Assembly: GCA_964390215.1 (NCBI GenBank)
Contig: CAYMHF010000006.1
Location: forward strand, 2,509 to 66,508
Length of the DNA: 64,000 nucleotides
Direction of reading: 5' to 3'
Source: an uncultured Dokdonella sp.
GTDB taxonomy: Bacteria; Pseudomonadota; Gammaproteobacteria; Xanthomonadales; Rhodanobacteraceae
The position numbers were made by a program, and so were the translations under genes. The notes below the pieces were generated by a model. It did no database searches. It saw only the letters and a program-made list of their open reading frames with translations, and was not told where the DNA came from. Of the stretch, positions 1-8,854 are shown piece by piece. The first letter of the stretch is position 1, and each line of letters opens with the position of its first letter.

Positions 1-58
1 GGTGCGGAATCGATCTGGGCCAAAGGCGTGTTCGGAAACTTCACTCTGACCTCGGTTT
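1..58. repeat. Intergenic repeat block B, copy 1 (truncated by window edge)
   Basis: Positions 1-38 match 1751-1788 at 35/38 nt; ends in CACTCTGACCTCGGTTT, similar to CACTTTGCCCCCGCTTT at 1791-1807. Confidence 0.85.
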
Positions 59-549
59 AGCCTTCTGTTTTGGAAGGGGCGATCAAGACTGGTCAGATCA
101 GAACTCCGAGGCTCTGCGGCAGTCGCCGAACCGGCGTCGGCATGACATCCGCCGAATTCCCCGCTGCTCATCTGCTGTCGGCAGCCGGAGAATTTGCACA
201 CCCGTGCTGATTCCAGTCGCCAGTATCCCGGCATATCCGGACGCGCGAGTGACTGCAGTGAACTTCCACGCCTTCGCGGCCGTATTCTTTGCCAGCGGAA
301 GTTCTCGCGTTGGGCATTGATTCCTTGGGGATTTTCGAATTTCCGGGGGCTGAATTCGCCTTTCCTCACGGTGGCCCGTTTCTTGCTGTGCAACAACGAG
401 TTGCTGTAAAGCTCGAAAAAGCTCGGGGTCTTGGCATCATGCCTCTCCAAACAGGGGTTAAATTGGAATGGCACTGACACCTTTTCCCGGGTACTTGCGG
501 GAATGGCCATAACAGAGTGACGTGGAGGCGAGACGGCCAGAGTTGGGCT

Positions 550-568
550 GAACTCCCGCCGGGAGTTC
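550..568. repeat. Perfect 8-bp hairpin upstream of the GGDEF gene
   Basis: GAACTCCC-GCC-GGGAGTTC; function unknown. Confidence 0.6.
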
Positions 569-604
569 GTAAATGGACGATCAGCTTGAACTTGGGGGTC
601 AGCA

Positions 605-1618
605 GTGGCCGATGGATCGAATACTCCGAGCGTGATGAAAGCCGATCATCCCCTGCGCGATCGTTATGATTTTCGCCCCAAGGCGACGTTCGGCGTCGCC
701 TTTACCGGCTTCCTCGCGCTCACGCCGTTTTCGATCAACCACATGCTGCAGGGCAATTTCACGCTGGCGGCGAGCTCGCTCGGCGTAATCCTGCTGCTTG
801 CCGCCAACGCGTTCGTCATAGCGCGCGGCCGCTATGTACCCATGCTCACCCTGTTGACCCTGGTTCCTACAATCACATTCGAACTGGTGATTGTGCTTCA
901 TCTTCAGGGAATCATTGGCGCACTCTGGTGTTATCCGTCATTGATCCTGTTCTACTTCATGCTACCCGAGCGGAAGGCTTGGATTGCCAATGGCGCGCTT
1001 TTGGCGCTGGTTGTTCCGCAATTCTGGTGGCTGCTCGACAACTCGATTGCGGCGCGACTGACGGCCACCCTGCTGACAGTGAGTGTCATGGCGGCGTTGT
1101 TCATACGGGTCATTTCGAATCAGCAGAAGCAACTTAAGTCGCAGGCGGTGACCGACTCCCTGACCGGTTTGCTCAACCGGATGCTGCTGCACGAAACGCT
1201 GGAACAGGCGACTGAGCTGGGCCGTCGCGGTGGCCTGCCAATGACGCTCCTTGCCATCGACGTTGATCATTTCAAGGATATCAATGACCAGTTGGGTCAC
1301 GCCATCGGTGACGACGTGCTTCGCGGCATCGCTGCGCTGATTCGCGATCGCATGCGCCGATCCGACCGCGTATTTCGAACCGGCGGCGAGGAATTCCTTG
1401 TCGTGTTGTTCAATACGCCGCTAGATCTGGCGCAGAGAGTGGCGCAGGATCTGATCAACGCTATCGGGTCAAGCCGGTTCGTTCCCGGGCGAGCGGTCAC
1501 GGCCAGCATCGGGATGGCGCAATGGGCAGCCGGTGAAAGCTACAGTGGCTGGCTCAAGCGCGCCGACGAGTGCCTCTATCAGGCCAAGACATCGGGCCGC
1601 AATCGGGCGGTTGGCTGA
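605..1618 (+). CDS. Membrane-bound diguanylate cyclase
   Basis: N-terminal TM helices; DSLTGLLNR, DVDHFKDINDQLGHAIGD, I-site RRSD five residues before GGEEF, KTSGRNR; start may be ATG 635. Confidence 0.92.
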   Translation: MADGSNTPSVMKADHPLRDRYDFRPKATFGVAFTGFLALTPFSINHMLQGNFTLAASSLGVILLLAANAFVIARGRYVPMLTLLTLVPTITFELVIVLHLQGIIGALWCYPSLILFYFMLPERKAWIANGALLALVVPQFWWLLDNSIAARLTATLLTVSVMAALFIRVISNQQKQLKSQAVTDSLTGLLNRMLLHETLEQATELGRRGGLPMTLLAIDVDHFKDINDQLGHAIGDDVLRGIAALIRDRMRRSDRVFRTGGEEFLVVLFNTPLDLAQRVAQDLINAIGSSRFVPGRAVTASIGMAQWAAGESYSGWLKRADECLYQAKTSGRNRAVG

Positions 1619-1667
1619 TGCAGAGCTATCAGTCAGATCCGCAAAATTGGGGCCATGGCCTAACCTT

Positions 1668-1807
1668 GCTTGCACTTCAGCTTGGCACGATTTCCGTGGG
1701 TGTCCGATCTTTGCTGGCCCCGCGTGGATCGATAGCTGCGCTTTGATACGGGTGCGGAATCGATCTGGGCCCAAGACGTGTCCGGAAATACACTTTGCCC
1801 CCGCTTT
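1668..1807. repeat. Composite intergenic repeat (block A 1668-1720 plus block B 1751-1807)
   Basis: Block A matches 2864-2916 at 43/53 nt; block B matches 1-58. Confidence 0.85.
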
Positions 1808-1930
1808 CGTCCCCCATGGATTGACGATGAGCGTCGACTGGTCGCATGCTCAGCGAACCATTCTGCGGGTTCCTCTGGCCTGCTGCGCAGCGAAGAATCC
1901 GCATCGTTTCACCCCAAACGAGGTCGTCAC

Positions 1931-2725
1931 ATGCGCATGAAATCTGGAATGTTTGGTTTGCAGGCCGTGGCAGCGACACTCTTGCTCACGTGCATGGGGG
2001 CGCAAGCCATCGGGGTCAATGGGATCAACGCCGGGATGCCCAACCGGATTTCGATGAACGTCACCGTGCCGAAGCAGACCCAGGGGGCGACGTTTGGCGA
2101 AAAAGTCGTTCAAGACGGGGTGGTGTCACCCAGCAAGCAGCCGGAGGGCAAGACGGGGCCAGGTGGCACGTCCACCATCACGATTGTCTGTGGAGCGCAG
2201 GGGTGCGGGTTGGCTTTTCCGGGCGGGCAAGGCGTACGTGTCGACTTTGACGGTACGTTGCTGGCACCACTCTCAGCCGCCAGCGTTGAAATAGTGCGCT
2301 CTGGCACCCTGGCCCAAGGCGCCTCTCTGCTTGGCGGCGCGCTGCCGGGCGGAGCAGTCATTTCCGCCGCGGTGTCTTCGGTATCGTCCCTGCCCGGGGG
2401 TGCGGGCGGCGGTGCGGCCGCGGCGAGTTATGCCAGGGCCGGACATGCTTCCACGTCGAACGAGCCCACGTTGCTGCGCAGCGAACGTCATGCTGATGGA
2501 GTCGTCGACGTGCTGGACTCGCTGGTGGATGGCAAATACTCCCTGACGGTCATGGTGGATGGCGCAACCAACGGCTCCGACGAGGCATCGGCGAGCTCCG
2601 CAAACAGGCCGGGGAAAGTCCGTGTGGGTAGAGTGGTGATCAAGTTCACCGTGGAGTCTGGGGTAATCATTCCCTTGTTCGAGGATGCAGGGAAAAGCGA
2701 AAGCAACCCGATGCCAGAATCCTGA
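1931..2725 (+). CDS. Exported hypothetical protein with Gly/Ala-rich hydrophobic segment
   Basis: GAGG before ATG 1931; signal-peptide-like N-terminus; segments PNRISMNVTVPKQTQGATFGEKV and GASLLGGALPGGAVISAAVSSVSSL. Confidence 0.75.
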   Translation: MRMKSGMFGLQAVAATLLLTCMGAQAIGVNGINAGMPNRISMNVTVPKQTQGATFGEKVVQDGVVSPSKQPEGKTGPGGTSTITIVCGAQGCGLAFPGGQGVRVDFDGTLLAPLSAASVEIVRSGTLAQGASLLGGALPGGAVISAAVSSVSSLPGGAGGGAAAASYARAGHASTSNEPTLLRSERHADGVVDVLDSLVDGKYSLTVMVDGATNGSDEASASSANRPGKVRVGRVVIKFTVESGVIIPLFEDAGKSESNPMPES

Positions 2726-2863
2726 TTGCAACGTCGGCTTGGCAGGCGCGGCGATCGCGACGCGGATTTCGGAAAAATGTGTTCGGTGCATGGCCTCCGA
2801 CGATCACGATTTCCGCAGGCCTGCGCGAAAGCAGGGACGAAAACAGACAAAACCAAAATGGGA

Positions 2864-2932
2864 GCTTGCTCTTCAGGCTGGCATGATTTCTGTGGGAGGC
2901 CGATCGTCGCTGACCCGAATGGCATTGGCCCC
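2864..2932. repeat. Intergenic repeat block A, copy 2, followed by GAATGGCA junction motif
   Basis: 43/53 identity to 1668-1720; GAATGGCATTGGCCCC (2917-2932) vs GAATGGCACTGACACC (466-481), 13/16. Confidence 0.8.
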
Positions 2933-3010
2933 GGCCTCGGATGGATCTTCGCCTGACCCGGGTTGCGCTCGTTGATCCAGCGGTTGAAAGCGTTGCACGA
3001 TTTCGATCGC

Positions 3011-3280
3011 CTAGATTTCCGGCCCGGCATCGCCCTCGATACGCTGCACGCGCTGGCGGTACTCGCGCACGTTGTCGCCACGAATGCGCGTCTCCTGCGT
3101 GCCTTTCACCTCGTCGACTTTCTGCTCCGAGCCGGTCACCGGCTTGGCATCGACGGCCGTTTCGCGCTCGAAGGCGTGCGATTTGTCGGTGTTGCGGTAG
3201 TACCGATACAGCAACCAATACAGCCCCGTTGCGCCGGCTGGGCCCATCGCAAGCAGCCATAGTCCGCCATCATCGCTCAT
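3011..3280 (-). CDS. Small single-TM hypothetical protein (89 aa)
   Basis: MSDDGGLWLLAMGPAGATGLYWLLYRYYRN; ATG overlaps the stop of the upstream gene (ATGA coupling). Confidence 0.8.
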   Translation of the reverse strand: MSDDGGLWLLAMGPAGATGLYWLLYRYYRNTDKSHAFERETAVDAKPVTGSEQKVDEVKGTQETRIRGDNVREYRQRVQRIEGDAGPEI

Positions 3281-4587
3281 GACGTGCTCCCAAGTATCCA
3301 GAGTGCAATCCCTTCGAGAAAGGTACCGACGGTGAGCGCGGCCGTGAGCAGCTTCCACTGCTGCACCGGCACGCTGCCCATGGTCTCGCCGGTGCGGCCG
3401 TTGACCGCAATGTAGTGCAGCATGCCGCCGTTGCCGCCGGTCTCGTGGTAGGAATAGAGCCAGACCGGCAGGTACATCGACACCCAGCGCGTGCCGTGGA
3501 CATTGAGGCCTTCCTGCTCCCAGCGCACACCGCGATCGTAGCGTTCCACCGATTCCTCGACCTGGGCGCGGGCGATCGACAGCAACTGCTCCTCCAGACG
3601 TGGGCGCAGCTGCTCCACATCCTGATTGCGTTTTTCCGTGCTGAAGCCCGCCAGGAAGGACGCATTCCACTTCACCGCGTTCTTGGTGTCGAATGGCAGG
3701 ATCGTGTTGATGATGTTGTTGGTGTTGGTGCGCGTATCCAGGTTGCCGCGTTCGCGGGAGGATTCCAGCGGCAGATCGTCCACGGTGAAATCCACGTGCC
3801 GTCGAACCTGGTACACATCGGCATCGTAGTAGGTCTTCTTCTTGTCGCCGCTGCCCCTCGTGTACTCGCGGGTCTTGATCTCGCCCTTGCCGGCGACGTC
3901 GGCACTCGCGTTGCCATCGACGATCATGTACGGCAGGTACACGCCGATGACGTTCTCGGGCGTGAATTCTTCCTTGAATTCCTTCAGTGCGAATAGCCGC
4001 CGCTTGTCCACGAACTGGCGAATGCGCGCGACCGCGTCGTCCTTCTTGATGTGGAAGGGCAGTACCGCGTCGGGCACCGCGCCGTTCGCCACCTGCTCGT
4101 TGACGCCGAAGACGTGGCGGCACCAGTGGCAGCGCGCCGTCATCGCGTTTTCGATATTGACCGTTACCTCGGCGCCGCAGCCGGTGCACTTGAAGCTCAT
4201 CAGACTGGCGGTGTCGGTGGCGATGTCCCGCGCGCCGGAGGCAATGATCGTGCCCTTGAGCTGGTCGATGCCTGCGCCGAGACCGAATTCCTCCTCGATG
4301 CGCATGCCCTGCCATTCGTTGCGGCAGTACAGGCAGATCAGCAGATCGCTGCCCGGCTTCTGCCGGATTTCGGTTGAGCCGCATTTCGGGCAGCGGTTGA
4401 GACCGTCCTTGAGCTCCTTGGCGGACGTGTCGATGGCGACCGGGTCGGGCGCCAGCAATTCATCGCGGATCGGTTCGGGCAGGGTGGCCGGATCGATGGG
4501 AAAACTGCCCGGCACGGGTGGCACGTCCTGAGGAGAACCAGGGCCGGTGTAGGGCGGCACTGGCGGCGGATTGTTGGCATTCGACAT
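3277..4587 (-). CDS. Multi-zinc-ribbon protein with C-terminal TM (YdjG-like)
   Basis: CPKC/CLYC/CTGC/CHWC pairs; GVYLPY, YLPVW and VNGRTGE motifs; C-terminal TM. Confidence 0.85.
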   Translation of the reverse strand: MSNANNPPPVPPYTGPGSPQDVPPVPGSFPIDPATLPEPIRDELLAPDPVAIDTSAKELKDGLNRCPKCGSTEIRQKPGSDLLICLYCRNEWQGMRIEEEFGLGAGIDQLKGTIIASGARDIATDTASLMSFKCTGCGAEVTVNIENAMTARCHWCRHVFGVNEQVANGAVPDAVLPFHIKKDDAVARIRQFVDKRRLFALKEFKEEFTPENVIGVYLPYMIVDGNASADVAGKGEIKTREYTRGSGDKKKTYYDADVYQVRRHVDFTVDDLPLESSRERGNLDTRTNTNNIINTILPFDTKNAVKWNASFLAGFSTEKRNQDVEQLRPRLEEQLLSIARAQVEESVERYDRGVRWEQEGLNVHGTRWVSMYLPVWLYSYHETGGNGGMLHYIAVNGRTGETMGSVPVQQWKLLTAALTVGTFLEGIALWILGSTS

Positions 4588-4608
4588 GGTCGTTCCGCGG
4601 TTGGTGGC

Positions 4609-5760
4609 TTACAGACCCAGTGCCTTGGCTTTGGCCGTGTCGTAGTCGGCCTGCGTGATCAGGCCGAGATCGAGCATTTCCTTGGCCTTCTTCAATTTCG
4701 CGATCGGGTCTTCGGCGGCCGGCGCGGCCGGTGCAACCGGTTGCTGCAAGCTGCCAATGCCGCCCATCATGCCCGAGGCCATGCCCAGGCCCATCATGCC
4801 CGCCGCGCCGGTGTTTTCGCCGGCCGACTGCATGCCTTGTGCGACGCTGGCCTGCAGATTGGAATTGCCACGCGCACCCGACAGCGCGTCGGCGCGTTGC
4901 ACGGTCTTGAGCAGTTCGCGCGTGTTTGCGTCGTACTCGATGGAAACGATGGCGGTCTTGACGATGGCCAGGCCACGATCGGACTTCCACTGATAGGCAT
5001 TCTCCACCGCTTCGGACAGGCTCCTGGCAAAGCCGATCGAATCCTGCTGCAGCTTGGTAATGCGATTGCCCTTGCTCGGGTCGTTCGAGTACAGGCTGAA
5101 CGCCGGTGCGAGTGACCCCACCACTTCATTGAAGAGTTGGCTGGCGGCGGCATTGTCGATGTCGGTGAAATCGAAGACCTGTCCGGGCTGAAGATACTTG
5201 GCCGGCACGAAGTTCTTCACGAACAGGATCGGATCGACGATCTTCATCGTGTAGGAGCCGCGCGTTACCGCGCCGACCTGGGTGCCGAGGAAGCCGTCAT
5301 CCCAGTAGATTTCCGATTGCGTTCCGAAGCGGTTGTCCGGCAGTTCCTTCAGCGAGACAAAGAAAGCGGCCTGCTGCGAGCCCGGCTGGCCGCCGAACTT
5401 GAAACGCTCCCAGCTCTGCATGAGGAGCGAATCGACCAGACCGCCGCCCGAGAAGATCGACTTCGAGTTGAGGTCGTCCGATCGCCACTCGTACCCGCCA
5501 GGCTCGGCCGCGAAGCCGGTGATCGCGCCATCCTGGAACAGCAGCAACCCGTAACCTTCGGGAACGACGATCTTCGAACCATTGGTAATGATGTTCGAGG
5601 AGCTCTTTGTATTCGATCCGCGTCCGGCATTGGTGCCTTGTGGAACTGCAGCGAACAGTGCCGCCGTCCCCGCCAAACCAGCCGGAACCGTGTAGAAATC
5701 CTTCCACTGGTCGGCGAGTGCGCCGCCAATCGAACCCACCACTGCCTGAACAAGACCCAT
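4609..5760 (-). CDS. SPFH-domain protein with C-terminal SHOCT (YdjI-like)
   Basis: ADQWKDF, IITNGSKIVVPEG, ERFKFGG; C-terminal KLKKAKEMLDLGLITQADYDTAKAKAL; GGAGAG before ATG 5760. Confidence 0.88.
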   Translation of the reverse strand: MGLVQAVVGSIGGALADQWKDFYTVPAGLAGTAALFAAVPQGTNAGRGSNTKSSSNIITNGSKIVVPEGYGLLLFQDGAITGFAAEPGGYEWRSDDLNSKSIFSGGGLVDSLLMQSWERFKFGGQPGSQQAAFFVSLKELPDNRFGTQSEIYWDDGFLGTQVGAVTRGSYTMKIVDPILFVKNFVPAKYLQPGQVFDFTDIDNAAASQLFNEVVGSLAPAFSLYSNDPSKGNRITKLQQDSIGFARSLSEAVENAYQWKSDRGLAIVKTAIVSIEYDANTRELLKTVQRADALSGARGNSNLQASVAQGMQSAGENTGAAGMMGLGMASGMMGGIGSLQQPVAPAAPAAEDPIAKLKKAKEMLDLGLITQADYDTAKAKALGL

Positions 5761-6116
5761 GACATCTCTCCGCGATTCGTGGCTGGGCACCGCGCCCACC
5801 ATGCCGGGCGCACTATACATTCCCTGACAAAAACAGGGGCAGTCGCCTCGATGTCTGGCGCAAGGGGAATGGCGGCAACTTACGGCCTTGACTGCCGGAA
5901 CGCCGACAATTTCTGGCGGGCAATGGGTCGCCGGAATCGTTGCCGTGCGGGTTTTGTGCGGATGCAAGCATGGGTTTGTCTTCTGATTCTTGCAGCCGTC
6001 GAGGCTGGCGCGGACTGGATCAGTTGCGAACCCTCCCTGGGCAGTGAATGCGCATGAATCGGCCGCAGCCAGCGAGTATAGTTGAGCGCAACATGGCCAC
6101 CTTTGGATAAAGCGCG

Positions 6117-6860
6117 ATGCAACGCATGCTGACTATCGTGATCTGCCTTCTCTCCGCAGTCGTGACCGTTTTTCCGGCTGCCGTCAGCGCAAAGCCGGTA
6201 TCGCCGGTATTGCCACTGACCGCACGGGTCGAGGGCCGTGGCTATGCGGATCTGAGCGCGGATTGGTGGAAATGGGCCTTCGCCCAGCTAATTCCACCTT
6301 ACAAGGATCCGGATGGTCGCCTCTGCGACGTCGGCCAGGCTGGCCCGGTCTGGTTCCTGGCAGGTACCGACGGCAGCTTCGATGCCAAGCGCGAATGTGT
6401 CGTGCCGAAGGGCAAGTATCTGTTCCTTCCGGTCATCAATCTGATCCAGCATTCGCCGAGAACCCGGGACAAGAATCGAATTCCAAGCTGCAAGGAAATG
6501 CAGGACGGCACGGCAGTCATCAACGACAATCTCGTCAGCGCGATCGTTTTCATCGACGACGTCCAGGTCGATAAGGTCATGCGGTTCAGGGTGCGCAGCA
6601 AGGGCTGCTTCCAGCTGTTTGCCGATGAGCCCAACGACGACAGCAACCAGAAAATCATGGCGGCGAGTGATGGCTACTGGCTGCTGATCGCGCCATTGGC
6701 CGGGGGCCGACACACGATTCGCGTCGGCGCCAACTACGGTTCAAAGGAAGTGGCCTACGGACACATGATCCAGAATTTCGAATATGAGATTTGGGTTGGA
6801 GGCGAGGGGCGCGTCACCTTCGTTTCGCCCGTGCCTGCGCGGCAATTTCTGGCGCCGTAG
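6117..6860 (+). CDS. Exported conserved hypothetical protein
   Basis: Signal peptide; LSADWWKWA, GPVWFLAGT and DGYWLLIAPL motifs of a recurrent uncharacterised family. Confidence 0.8.
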   Translation: MQRMLTIVICLLSAVVTVFPAAVSAKPVSPVLPLTARVEGRGYADLSADWWKWAFAQLIPPYKDPDGRLCDVGQAGPVWFLAGTDGSFDAKRECVVPKGKYLFLPVINLIQHSPRTRDKNRIPSCKEMQDGTAVINDNLVSAIVFIDDVQVDKVMRFRVRSKGCFQLFADEPNDDSNQKIMAASDGYWLLIAPLAGGRHTIRVGANYGSKEVAYGHMIQNFEYEIWVGGEGRVTFVSPVPARQFLAP

Positions 6861-7013
6861 TCGCTGTTTGTGCGAGAAGCGGGGCCAGTCGGCCTGCTGC
6901 CGTTTGCGAGTCGTCCCGGGGGCACCCCCCCCAGATTCTGGTTTGTGCAGGCGGCGAACACTGCAAGGCATGTGAGATAGTGGGTTATTCGCCATTCGCA
7001 GGTAACAGGATCG

Positions 7014-8639
7014 ATGCCAGCCGCCAAACGCCCCGTTGGAATGCTCGTGTCGCAGTTGGGTGCGCTGATGGCGCTACTGGCATCGCCACTGTGGGCCGCG
7101 GGTGCGTCGCTGCCTTCCTCGCCCGAGTCGTACTTGAGTCAGTCGGCACGCGTGCGCCAGTCGACCGATCGACCCTGGGCGCCTGAAGCGGGGCAGTTGG
7201 GCAATCTCCGACATCTGCAGATCACCGCGGCGGACTGCGTCGTGCGTGTCGTTTCCGGCAGCGAGAATCGCGTGTTTCCGGGTACGCGCGAGGTTATCGT
7301 GGTCGAGCGCTCGCGCGTGCTCGACGCCAATCCGAACGAGCAGCCGGCGCCGCGCGACGTGGTCCTGGCCACCGATCATGCTCAGGCCTGTCCGGGTCTC
7401 GGCTCGTGCGGCGTGTCGATCACGCCGGTGCGGCGGTCGTCGGACAATGTCGTCACGGGCGCGGCGTGCTTCACCGTGCAGCTCGCCACCGGGCACGATT
7501 TGCTGCTGGGTGGCGATGGTCTTTCCCTGCTTGTCGATCAGGTGCGCCAGCCGACGCTGCGGATCACACTCAATCCGAGTGCCGGCCTGCGCGTGTGGCT
7601 GGAGCAGGTCAACATCGGGCTGCTTTCGATCCACGCCAACGCGCCGGCGCGCGTGGGCGGCAGCGGCCAGGTTGATTTTCTGCAAGTGGGCAGCTCAGAC
7701 AGCGGAAGTGCGATGTTCCTTCAGGGTTTCCATGCGTCCCAAGTCGGTGTTTCGGCGACAACGACGGGTACCCAGTGGGCAATCCGCATCGATGCCGATA
7801 CCAAGGCGGGCTACTACCAGCCGGCGCGCGCGCCCGGAGCGGTTGCCAAACGATACCCTATCGAAATCGAAGGATCGATCAATCGCCTCGAGGTGCCGGT
7901 GGGTCAGGTGGATCCGCAGCCATTAAGTGAGGCCACGCGAGTCGCGACGCGTGCGCTGCGTGACGAGGTACTTCGGCGTGCAGGCCCAGCGCCGGTACTC
8001 CCGACTTCCGACTCGAGCTTGCCTTCGGCCACGGTCGCCGCAGAGGCGCTCGCACAGGATCCGAGCGAACGGGTCGCCGACGTCGTCGCACGGTATCTGC
8101 CGGCATCGATCCGCATCACCAAGGTTGCATTGTGGAAAAAGGGTGCGCGTCTTGAAGGCATGGCACCTGATCCTGCTTCGGCGCGTGAAGTCGCGCGTCT
8201 GCTCAATGAATCCGGCGAGTTCACCTATGTTGACGGCGGAAGCTCGCTACCCCGCGATGGCGGCCACAAGTTCTCCGTGCAACTGCGCTTCGCGTGCGAG
8301 ATTCCGGGTCAGCGCAGCGTATGTCCGGCCGGCGATCCGGCCGCATCAGGCGCCTACAGCGAGGTGCAGGTGCGTGGTGTGATCGACAACTTGCTAGGTC
8401 CGCTGGTGATCGTGCACGAAGTACGCCTGGACGGTGACAAGATTCATTTGAAAGCCGTCGCGCCAAACGAAGTGGAGGCCCGCCAAGCCTTGGAACGTCT
8501 GGGCCAGCGCAAGGATTTCATCCGCCTGTCGACGTCGATGCACGGACCCTCCGCCAGCGGCTCGTCCGTGAACATCAGCGCAGTACTGAACCTCTACTGC
8601 GCAATTCCGCCAAAGGCCGATGGCATTTGCATCCCTTGA
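7014..8639 (+). CDS. Exported hypothetical protein with two C-terminal PilN-like repeats
   Basis: 541-aa ORF with signal-like N-terminus (start may be 7041 or 7068); duplicated C-terminal domain, each copy ending in a Cys pair. Confidence 0.7.
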   Translation: MPAAKRPVGMLVSQLGALMALLASPLWAAGASLPSSPESYLSQSARVRQSTDRPWAPEAGQLGNLRHLQITAADCVVRVVSGSENRVFPGTREVIVVERSRVLDANPNEQPAPRDVVLATDHAQACPGLGSCGVSITPVRRSSDNVVTGAACFTVQLATGHDLLLGGDGLSLLVDQVRQPTLRITLNPSAGLRVWLEQVNIGLLSIHANAPARVGGSGQVDFLQVGSSDSGSAMFLQGFHASQVGVSATTTGTQWAIRIDADTKAGYYQPARAPGAVAKRYPIEIEGSINRLEVPVGQVDPQPLSEATRVATRALRDEVLRRAGPAPVLPTSDSSLPSATVAAEALAQDPSERVADVVARYLPASIRITKVALWKKGARLEGMAPDPASAREVARLLNESGEFTYVDGGSSLPRDGGHKFSVQLRFACEIPGQRSVCPAGDPAASGAYSEVQVRGVIDNLLGPLVIVHEVRLDGDKIHLKAVAPNEVEARQALERLGQRKDFIRLSTSMHGPSASGSSVNISAVLNLYCAIPPKADGICIP

Positions 8640-8747
8640 ACAACACCCGTGCAGAGTGCGGGTTTGGCATCGGAGTAGTGCGTGTTGAGGTTCGCGACCC
8701 GCAGTTCCACTGGCGAACCGCCAAAATGGAATTCACGGCTACTCCGC

Positions 8748-8776
8748 CCCCGATTTCCGTGACCCCGATTTCCGTG
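8748..8776. repeat. Tandem 14-mer overlapping a GGGGTCAC motif (minus strand)
   Basis: CCCCGATTTCCGTG at 8748-8761 and 8763-8776. Confidence 0.8.
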
Positions 8777-8854
8777 CGAATCGTGGGTGCTTTGCGCCTG
8801 ACAAGATCAGGAACCGGGTGAGACGCCCCGACTCCGTGGCCCCGATTCCAGGAC

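Noticed and set aside
1682..1699. Sigma-54 promoter in repeat block A (TTGGCACG)
   Set aside because: The -24 element matches but there is no TTGC at -12.
3281..4384. 457-aa minus ORF 3011-4384 as a full gene
   Set aside because: Only the last 89 codons look real; the rest is an alternate frame of the zinc-ribbon gene.
1..8800. Integron cassette array or CRISPR array
   Set aside because: No intI, no convincing RYYYAAC...GTTRRRY attC pairs by eye, and no regularly spaced repeat-spacer units.
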